Positions 51,501 to 57,821 of a stretch of DNA of 57,821 bases are shown piece by piece. Within the stretch, counting starts at the first letter, position 1, and every line of letters starts with the position of its first letter. The notes under the pieces are model-generated. The model was not told where the DNA came from, ran no database searches, and saw nothing but the letters and a program-made list of their open reading frames with translations. The position numbers were made by a program, and so were the translations under genes. Source of the DNA: a virus (taxonomy: Duplodnaviria > Caudoviricetes); the IMG/VR virus record IMGVR_UViG_3300041402_001073, positions 1-57,821 of that record. One strand, given 5' to 3'.

Positions 51501-54305
51501 AGCGATGGCTTTCTTTATTATTCCTGGATCACTATTCGTCTGGGCAATATTGGCCAGAACTTCCTCTGCTGCTTGGCGCCGGCCCTCTGGTTTACTCGTA
51601 TCAAAACCGTATTGTTTGGCTATCTTCTGTGCTTCCTCGCGGTGCTTTGCGTAGACCTGATTGAGGACAGGAGTGATATCTTTGCCAAGTAATTCACGGA
51701 TACCAAAGTGGCCCAAAGATTCATGGAATAATACATCCAAGACCCTATCTGTAGAATCAATATTTCCTGCTACAAGATATACGTTCTGAGTTTCTGGGTC
51801 AAAAATACCCTCAACATGCTCCTGGCCTTTAGCTAGAACAACAGCATCTTGCAGGTGAGCAGGAAGGTCGGCTATACCATCCACAGCGATAACCTTCGGA
51901 GCGTTCTTCCATTTAGTCGTAATAGTAGCGACCAGCGACTCCACTTCGGCTTTAGACAGCTCAACCTTCCTCTCTGGAGTTCTAAATATCTTTCCAACCT
52001 CTATCTCTTCTCTACGCTTGAATGGAATATCTACCGTCTTCTTTGCCTTGATGGGCTTCATTTCCTCAAAGGTGACAATCTGCTTTTCGCCAGTCTTCTC
52101 ATTCTCTATTTCAAAGTACCTTTCGCCGGCAGCTTCTTCTTCCTTGGTCGTTACTTCGCTGAGAACCTTCCATCCTTGAGGAGACTTGCCTATTCTTACG
52201 CGGCCAGTCTTAAAGTCGGAGAATTCAGGAGTCGGCTCCTTGACAGCCTCTTCAATTTTAACCTGAGCTTTCTCGGCGGCAATCTCTTTTGGTTTTAATG
52301 ATTCGATCTGTTTTTCTAAGAAGCCTACCGCATCTTCCATTTGTTGAATGCTGTCATCAGTTAGAGCTGGGTCTGCTTTTTCGTCTGCCAAATCTGATTG
52401 TATATCATCTCGCATAGATGACAAAACTTTAATGTCGGATAATTCCTTCCTGTTTAAAGTTCTTTCAGAGACAAATTCTTGACCATCTCTAAATTCAGGT
52501 TCTTGAATACGAAGCCATTCGTTTTGAGTTAAGGCCGGTTTATCTTCCTCGGCAATAGTCTTAGATTTTTGAATCGCTTTGGCACCTTTCACAACGGCAA
52601 CATCTTCTGCAACAGGAACCTCCACAGCGACTTCGGGCTCAATTACTGGAGCTTCCACCTCGGCAATCTCTGGAAGAGCCTCCTCTGCCACGATTTCGGC
52701 CTCTGGGATGATTTCTGGAGCTACTTCTTCAGGCAATACTTCTATTTCAGGTAGGACTTCTTCAGCAACAGGAGCTTCTTCTATAATCTCAGCTGCAGGC
52801 AAGGCCTCTTCTAAGGCAGGAATCTCCTCTAATATTTCAGCCTCGGGTAGCTCTGCTTCGATAACAGGCTCAACGATGTCTGTTTTAGCCAGCTCATCCT
52901 GTAGCATGCCCTTGACTTGTTGACCTAGATCGGTTTCCGGCTCTATTGTATCGAGAGTTTCGAGCGCTTTTGTTTTAATATTCTCTCTGGCCACAGCAAC
53001 TTTAGTTTCTGTAGTCTCAGGAATGATTTCTTCAGGTATTACTTCTTCGGGAGCTACGGCAACCTCTGGAGCTATCTCTTCAGGTGCAGCAATTTCATCT
53101 TCAATTCCCACACCAGCTTCTTCCATGAGTGAGCTGAGAATACTTATATTTTCTTCAGGTGTTAAATCAGGAGATGACATCTCTTCAAAGTCAGCAATCA
53201 TTTGTTCGCCAACTGCAGAATCTAGCCCTTCGGCTACGAGTTCATCAACAACACTTTTTACTGCATTTGGAGGGGCAGGTTCTCCCTCGGCGCCACTACC
53301 TATAACATTAAAGCCGGCACCCATTGCCACTCCGGCCAACATGCCCATTGCTGACTGGCTGCCAACTCCTTCCATTAAAGGTCTGCCTTCAGCTGAGTTC
53401 ATCCACATTGTTTCTTGGGCTGATTGAGGCAATTCTTCCAATAGTCCTTCGGAAATACCACCTTCCACTATTCGCCTGACAACGCCTTTCTCTGTCTGTT
53501 TGCGAATTCCACCGGCCAGTAAAGTATCGACATCGGCAATACCAGCCTTTTGAGCTATCCTGCCACCAAGTAATCCAAAGAGGCCTGTACCTACACCGGA
53601 AGCCAATGACTTCAAAGACTCCTCGGGAGTAATCAGTCCGGTCTCTGCCTTGGAACGTAGTTCTTCTGCTGCCGATCCTGCCGACACAGCTCCTTCACCT
53701 ATGGCTGCTGCAACAAGAGCTCCAAGTTTAGGCGCTACCTTAATGATACCCCGGGCAATACCGGCACCACCTAACATAGATGGTGCTGATTCAATAACTG
53801 CCTGAGCAATTACACTGGGATTTTTAATGGCTGCTTCTACTGTAGGAAGGAAACCTTCTGCTTCTGCGACTTCTTTGCTTGCTGCCTGCTGTGCCGGCGA
53901 CAAGAAAGTGCTGAGAATACGCTGCGCTACTTCAGGCCTAAATCCGGCCTTTTCAAACAACTTCCCCGCGTGGCCGCCTGTAGGTATATCTAATAAGCCA
54001 ACGGCAGCTTGAGGCAGAGCTATGGCACCTTTGAGAGCACTTATACCTATATCCTTTGCTGTTCCAAGAACAGTTCTATCCTCTACGCCTCTGACAGGGG
54101 TTATGGATGGTGTGGCAATAGGTTCAACGACTGGCGCTGCAACACTGACTGCAGGTTCTGCCGTGAGATGTCCCAATATATCTTCATCAGTATAGCCCTC
54201 ACCGACAGCACCTTCGTAATCAAAATTGCTTGTTCCGGAAAGATGTCTTGCTATATCTGAATCACTATATCCTTCTAGTCGTGCACCTTCTATATCAAAA
54301 GCCAT
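48543..54305 (-). CDS. Large internal virion (ejection) / polyvalent protein, 1920 aa
   Basis: GYSDSDIARHL repeats, A/G-rich membrane-active region, acidic linker, zincin-like HESLGH..AEE domain; last gene of the structural unit. Confidence 0.75.
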   Translation of the reverse strand: MAFDIEGARLEGYSDSDIARHLSGTSNFDYEGAVGEGYTDEDILGHLTAEPAVSVAAPVVEPIATPSITPVRGVEDRTVLGTAKDIGISALKGAIALPQAAVGLLDIPTGGHAGKLFEKAGFRPEVAQRILSTFLSPAQQAASKEVAEAEGFLPTVEAAIKNPSVIAQAVIESAPSMLGGAGIARGIIKVAPKLGALVAAAIGEGAVSAGSAAEELRSKAETGLITPEESLKSLASGVGTGLFGLLGGRIAQKAGIADVDTLLAGGIRKQTEKGVVRRIVEGGISEGLLEELPQSAQETMWMNSAEGRPLMEGVGSQSAMGMLAGVAMGAGFNVIGSGAEGEPAPPNAVKSVVDELVAEGLDSAVGEQMIADFEEMSSPDLTPEENISILSSLMEEAGVGIEDEIAAPEEIAPEVAVAPEEVIPEEIIPETTETKVAVARENIKTKALETLDTIEPETDLGQQVKGMLQDELAKTDIVEPVIEAELPEAEILEEIPALEEALPAAEIIEEAPVAEEVLPEIEVLPEEVAPEIIPEAEIVAEEALPEIAEVEAPVIEPEVAVEVPVAEDVAVVKGAKAIQKSKTIAEEDKPALTQNEWLRIQEPEFRDGQEFVSERTLNRKELSDIKVLSSMRDDIQSDLADEKADPALTDDSIQQMEDAVGFLEKQIESLKPKEIAAEKAQVKIEEAVKEPTPEFSDFKTGRVRIGKSPQGWKVLSEVTTKEEEAAGERYFEIENEKTGEKQIVTFEEMKPIKAKKTVDIPFKRREEIEVGKIFRTPERKVELSKAEVESLVATITTKWKNAPKVIAVDGIADLPAHLQDAVVLAKGQEHVEGIFDPETQNVYLVAGNIDSTDRVLDVLFHESLGHFGIRELLGKDITPVLNQVYAKHREEAQKIAKQYGFDTSKPEGRRQAAEEVLANIAQTNSDPGIIKKAIAAIRKWLRKMGFNIKLSDNDIQSMMEDAAQFVKAENKSLSLSGPAVFSKKTADPTVKLETLRKAFENTAKRKPPAEETDEDARKIDAPASKARKGVQRWAKRFFTKEGLLNKIAFEKRIEMDSAKNVGEQDIAAMVTDFNKAVSKAYGVKKYQDVPAEDLAKINGFMAGKDVTLPAGLKEEIQPLRDMLDMLSDGMMQAIRDMEAIQRQKLSPSDKKALQRVLNKEEGAVLPKSLQKYWSLYETINKNKGQYLTRSYQAFEDPDWKEKTLRKKGLMNRAKAFIRDQNPSLSEGEVLGEVSAILQSAKESGDFLTLISQGEKLGSKDTSIITRRKDIPPVILELLGEYRDPKINFVRSASKMQYYIANHNFLMDLRRSGLNTFLFEKATVNKGGSYDAQVATKDSDAMNPLNGLYTTADFKQGLKDASDKFQGTELMRNIIRVNSMIKYGKTILSPTTQARNFMSAAMFSVMNGHFDWTHMGKAFKAARSDLFTQDKEWRAYLDKLIGMGVVHDNPFAGELRDAIKDFTDYDTYSTGPNQNFRKILDFFQRSYQVGDDFWKIIGYENEVALQKKVGLSQQEAEKKAAFRIRNGYPTYSMVPKGIKAIRRWPLLGTFVSFPYEIMRTTRNQLDFIKEDMAKPETRSMGARRALGFAMASAAAYSASITSMAAMGMDSDDDEAVRAQLPEWSRNSQLLYTGYDEDGLPTYLDLSYLDPYTYVKKPLTAILSGNNVGIDDKIVDAMREFLDPFIGADIAAGAIGEIIYNQKEAGGQVYNPEAQGHEKANDILQHLRKAAQPGVLSNMERTIKAIEGDVSRSGKKFSVKDEGLAWLGLRFGTLNLRQSMIYKGYGFSDKKSQASRILNRAVGSAGTVSEKEIKNAVSSMMLARKRAYGEMSKLVEGAMKLGVKKSEIRQSLRAAKISNKDISSLLRGRVPRWSMSSTFIKSARDRAVAAATTPERKRELRIEMGARKRIVREAARGEREKN

Positions 54306-54308
54306 ACA

Positions 54309-55508
54309 TTAGCTCCCAAAATCTGATAGTGGTTTTCTTCCTCCTGGCGGTGGAGATACAACAGGTCGACCTCCTACTCCTCTTGCTGTTGCAGCAGGCT
54401 TAAGCCGTTTGCCTTGCGCGCGGATGCCGTCCTCTATTTCCTTCCATTCTAAAGGATCGTTGGCTAAATCAGGATCGGACTTGAGTACCTTAAGATAAAC
54501 ATCAAATATCTGATCGTCAATAGATTTAACTTTTGTCCCACTGAGGCTCTCTCTCCAGTTAAAGAAATCTTTCTTATATTCATTCGTGCCTCTAGTAGCT
54601 GGGTCAGTGCCGGTCACAGATTCAAAATTAGTTACCACAGTGGACACATCTCCCCTAGAAGCGCCTTTGCCATGTTTCTTGGGATCATACTTGGCCACAG
54701 GTATCTCTACCGTCTGCCCTTCTATTTCAGTCGTAATGGTCTGCTCGGCCTTTTTTATTTCACTGACGCCACGGAGCCTCATGAGCTGACCTGCCTGCTT
54801 AAGAATTTCATTTCTGGCTTCAGGATTTTGCTTTAACAGTCTTTGAGTATTCTGCACTATTTTATTTCTCAATGCAGTTTTTTCTTCAAATGTTTCAGGT
54901 ATGCCGGAAATTGGTTTACCTGAGATATCAGCTCTCGATTCCCTAAAAGCCCTACGAGCCTCGCCTAAGCCCTTTCCGGATTCCTTGGCAATCTCCCCAA
55001 CTATCCTGTCTTCTCTTTGCTGATCGGTCTCATCTGCGCGCGCCAATGCTTTTGCAGTCTCAGGAGTAAGCTCACCAAATAATTTGGAACCACCTACACC
55101 TACTGCCACAGGTTCTTCAAAAGGCTTAAATGTCGCATTAGCAGGTGCTGTTTCTGGTTTATTGGTAGCATGACGAACACCTTTTTCGTCTGTCCATTCA
55201 TAGAAACCGCCACCTTCTTCACCTCCTCGTCTTACACCTGTAAGTGTAGATTCTTCAGGAATCACTTTTGTCGGGAAGGGGCCTTTTACCCTGGCAGGCC
55301 GAGATACTTCTTCTGGTGGCAATTCAAGTCGAGTTGTTAAAGCTGCTGTACGAGCTTCCTCAGTAAGAGGTGCCGACGTTGCACCAACTCCTCTTATTGT
55401 GTCATCACTTCTCACTGCATCCAAGATAGCACTAAGTACGGATTGCCTATTGGCTGCAGGCTCTCCAATCCTCAAAAAGTCTTCCGGTAAGTCTACTCTT
55501 TCTGCCAT
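54309..55508 (-). CDS. Putative ejection protein
   Basis: Helical; precedes the giant gene; contains a DUF4124-like YEWTDEKGVRHATNKP motif. Confidence 0.5.
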   Translation of the reverse strand: MAERVDLPEDFLRIGEPAANRQSVLSAILDAVRSDDTIRGVGATSAPLTEEARTAALTTRLELPPEEVSRPARVKGPFPTKVIPEESTLTGVRRGGEEGGGFYEWTDEKGVRHATNKPETAPANATFKPFEEPVAVGVGGSKLFGELTPETAKALARADETDQQREDRIVGEIAKESGKGLGEARRAFRESRADISGKPISGIPETFEEKTALRNKIVQNTQRLLKQNPEARNEILKQAGQLMRLRGVSEIKKAEQTITTEIEGQTVEIPVAKYDPKKHGKGASRGDVSTVVTNFESVTGTDPATRGTNEYKKDFFNWRESLSGTKVKSIDDQIFDVYLKVLKSDPDLANDPLEWKEIEDGIRAQGKRLKPAATARGVGGRPVVSPPPGGRKPLSDFGS

Positions 55509-55518
55509 AATTTCCTCC

Positions 55519-56070
55519 TTACCTTAACAGATCTGTAGTAAAGTCAATTGCTGTAGGTACTGTTGTTTTTCTAACCACACCTCTAGTCGGTGTACCAACT
55601 CGTGCATCCAGTCTTGCTTGTGCTGACCTGAATGTTTCACTGCTGGGATCTATCCTGCTCCTTGCAATAGACCTTTCTTCTTCTCTCTGTTTATCGATTT
55701 GTTTCTGCCGGAATCTCAATAGAGCCGCCTGGACTTTAGCTTGAAACTCAGGGGCTTGTAAAGCAAAAGCCGCCTTAGTTGCTCCAGCCTGTGCTGTACC
55801 TAGAGCTTCACCACCGCCCCTTATTGCTTCTCTCAGTTGTACGCCGCGCGCAGTTGGAGTAGGAGCCCTGCTGGCCTGTACTCCCTGGACAAACCTTCTT
55901 ATCTTGCTCACAGTAGGAGCTAATATCTCTTGAGTCCGTTCTTTAACACGCCCCAGATCGATTTTTGGAGCTTTGAATTCAATAAGGTCTTCTTCTGTCT
56001 CCCCAGATCTCCCCACTACAAGCGAAGGTTCTGTTGACCGAAATCCTCGTGCTGGTTGTGTTTGTGGCAT
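55519..56070 (-). CDS. Putative small ejection protein
   Basis: A/R/Q-rich helical; first of three internal-protein genes. Confidence 0.5.
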   Translation of the reverse strand: MPQTQPARGFRSTEPSLVVGRSGETEEDLIEFKAPKIDLGRVKERTQEILAPTVSKIRRFVQGVQASRAPTPTARGVQLREAIRGGGEALGTAQAGATKAAFALQAPEFQAKVQAALLRFRQKQIDKQREEERSIARSRIDPSSETFRSAQARLDARVGTPTRGVVRKTTVPTAIDFTTDLLR

Positions 56071-56083
56071 AAGCTCTTCCTCC

Positions 56084-56491
56084 TTACCATTTATTTAATT
56101 CGCAAAGTTTATCTATATTCATTTTAGCTTTATTATCCATAGGACAACCACACTCCGTACATTCATAGCCCTTATGGGAATCACATCTACCGCAAACAGT
56201 AAGGCGCTCAGCAAATACTCTTAGGCTCACTACTGGCATACCTGCTTTAAACCATCTAGTCATAGTCTTTCTATAGTTATTAGCTTTCTTCAGCATTGAA
56301 GGTGATTCAGGCTCATTGTCTCCACAACACCCCTCGCCATCTTCAACTTTTGGCGTTGACTCCATTCTGGCAATAGCTTCTAAATCCTTAACGCTTTTAT
56401 GTTTAATGCCTTTAGCCCCTAAGGCATCTAATACTTTTTGAGCGTTTTCAGCTTCTACTATTATCTCTATATCTTTCATGGGCAAATCCAT
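56084..56491 (-). CDS. DUF6171-like Cys-rich protein
   Basis: RLTVCGRC......CTECGCPM..KA......CELNKW. Confidence 0.65.
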   Translation of the reverse strand: MDLPMKDIEIIVEAENAQKVLDALGAKGIKHKSVKDLEAIARMESTPKVEDGEGCCGDNEPESPSMLKKANNYRKTMTRWFKAGMPVVSLRVFAERLTVCGRCDSHKGYECTECGCPMDNKAKMNIDKLCELNKW

Positions 56492-57525
56492 TCGTAGATG
56501 GAGAGTTGATTAACATATTGAATATTCCCGCTAGTACAAGTATCAGGCCAACAACTAGGAACGCTTGGCCCAAAAATACTACACTCGGGACAGTTTATAA
56601 ACTTACATCTATAAGTACCTGTATACCTAAGAACACCTATAACACAATCTTGAGGAGAGCTAGAGCCTGTATGAGCATTTGCACACGCATCGGCTATATG
56701 TGCGCATGTAGGGCCACTAACTCCACCAGTATCCGAGCTAATAACACTCCATTGACCAAAGCCTATTACTCTAACCTGTTTATCTTGGCAGACCGAATGA
56801 TGAACTGTTATAGTTCCACAAGCTGTACCATCTGTAGTAAGCAGCCCATTTTGATCTATACTTGCACCTGTGCCTGTTACTGACCAAACCCCACCACTGC
56901 CAGGGCAAAAGTATTGCTTAGTATCATTCCTTCCTATTTCATAGTCGGTACCATCTTCAGTCAGACAACAATCTGATACACAATCATCTGCACTCTCACA
57001 ATCACAATCCGTACAATCAAGACAATCACCAGAACTGTCCTCTAACCATATAGTACCAGAAGCACATCCACAATTATCACAAGCACTGTATATTATCCAA
57101 GGAGGGTATGAGCCTTGGCAAACACCTTCCTCTAATGTGATAAGCCCTGTGGCTGGGTCTATAACTGCTATATCACCATTCTCATTAACTTCAGAAAAAA
57201 ATGGGTCCATAGAATATGTGACATCACCAACTGCACCTGAAACTCTCGTCTGGAATTCTTTAACATCACCATCTCTAGGAATACCACCTTCCCCGCTTCC
57301 CCACTCTGTCTGGGTTAAAACCGTTAAAGATCTGCCGGCACAACCATCACCTTTTACTTGCCGCGGTAAAACAGGATATGGGAATGGTCTATATGTTCCT
57401 TCATGGTAATTCTCCACTTCTGCGAAGTTTCCAGCCAGCCAAGGTTTCTTTCTCTTGGGAGGATAATCCTTTTTCGTAGACCTCGTAATGTCCCTTATAT
57501 TTTTAGAAAGCCATGGCTTAAACAT
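56476..57525 (-). CDS. Cys-rich tail needle/spike-like protein (24 Cys) with Ig-like segments
   Basis: Directly after the nozzle; VTYS..AVIDPATGLITL and WSVTGTGASIDQNGLLT Ig-like motifs. Confidence 0.55.
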   Translation of the reverse strand: MFKPWLSKNIRDITRSTKKDYPPKRKKPWLAGNFAEVENYHEGTYRPFPYPVLPRQVKGDGCAGRSLTVLTQTEWGSGEGGIPRDGDVKEFQTRVSGAVGDVTYSMDPFFSEVNENGDIAVIDPATGLITLEEGVCQGSYPPWIIYSACDNCGCASGTIWLEDSSGDCLDCTDCDCESADDCVSDCCLTEDGTDYEIGRNDTKQYFCPGSGGVWSVTGTGASIDQNGLLTTDGTACGTITVHHSVCQDKQVRVIGFGQWSVISSDTGGVSGPTCAHIADACANAHTGSSSPQDCVIGVLRYTGTYRCKFINCPECSIFGPSVPSCWPDTCTSGNIQYVNQLSIYEWICP

Positions 57526-57526
57526 A

Positions 57527-57821
57527 TTATTCCGTTACTTCATCTAGTCCAAAGCCCCCTTCTATATATCTGGCGGGAACATTGGGTGTAGAGTGCTGAT
57601 ACTTTATAGAAAGATGGTCGCCTATGATTTCACTACCAGCCCTATGCTTAAAGTCTACATGAGGCTTATCTGATGGGTTTGGCACCTGAGTTAATTTCTT
57701 TTCATGATTAAATGTTGTACTTCCATCTATCGCAACGGTTCTTACTATTTCACCAGAGGCCTCGGCTCCACATCTAAAGACTTCTTCCATCCATTGTATT
57801 CTTCTTCCATTGCCATCGATC
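57527..57821 (-). CDS. C-terminal end of the nozzle gene that starts at 2633
   Basis: Same frame and sequence as 1..264. Confidence 0.8.
   Translation of the reverse strand, partial: IDGNGRRIQWMEEVFRCGAEASGEIVRTVAIDGSTTFNHEKKLTQVPNPSDKPHVDFKHRAGSEIIGDHLSIKYQHSTPNVPARYIEGGFGLDEVTE
57558..57821. repeat. Right copy of the terminal overlap
   Basis: See 1..264. Confidence 0.95.

Noticed and set aside
52580-53110. CRISPR-like or guide-RNA array
   Set aside because: The periodicity comes from low-complexity E/P/A/I/V coding repeats; no constant repeat with spacers and no cas or Nop-domain gene was seen anywhere.
1-57821. Stop-codon reassignment
   Set aside because: Core genes are intact under code 11, and TAA, TAG and TGA all terminate well-supported genes.

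Overview
The window is an essentially complete (~57.56 kb) genome of a short-tailed (podovirus-type) dsDNA phage, probably temperate. The last 127 nt (57695-57821) are identical to 138-264, which closes the circle; 1-137 is a divergent allele of 57558-57694. The host is probably Gram-negative (outer-membrane barrel gene, sigma54/IHF-like sites); this is inference. Layout: (i) a long minus-strand unit starting at ~25.2 kb: C5-methyltransferase, accessory genes, rtcB plus tRNA-Pro, terS/terL, portal, scaffold, N4-gp56-type capsid, adaptor, fibre/decoration genes, lysis genes and nozzle, continuing across the origin to a Cys-rich tail protein and ejection proteins ending at 48.5 kb; (ii) a ~1.3 kb non-coding control region (25.2-26.46 kb); (iii) a plus-strand operon of small genes (26.5-30.7 kb) including a receiver domain and a SpoU RNA methyltransferase; (iv) a minus-strand recombination/replication operon (46.2-30.8 kb) with several structured intergenic RNAs; (v) a tyrosine integrase unit with no recognisable CI repressor. 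The most unusual observation is that five genes in the virion-structure block, including the two fibre-like proteins, start with classical Sec signal peptides. Other candidates are a tRNA protect/repair/replace set (SpoU, RtcB, atypical tRNA-Pro), three conserved post-stop RNA hairpins, a sigma54-type promoter with DnaA boxes, a cloverleaf ncRNA, pseudoknotted leaders and a nested out-of-frame gene in the methyltransferase. All family assignments come from motif recognition by eye; no searches were run.
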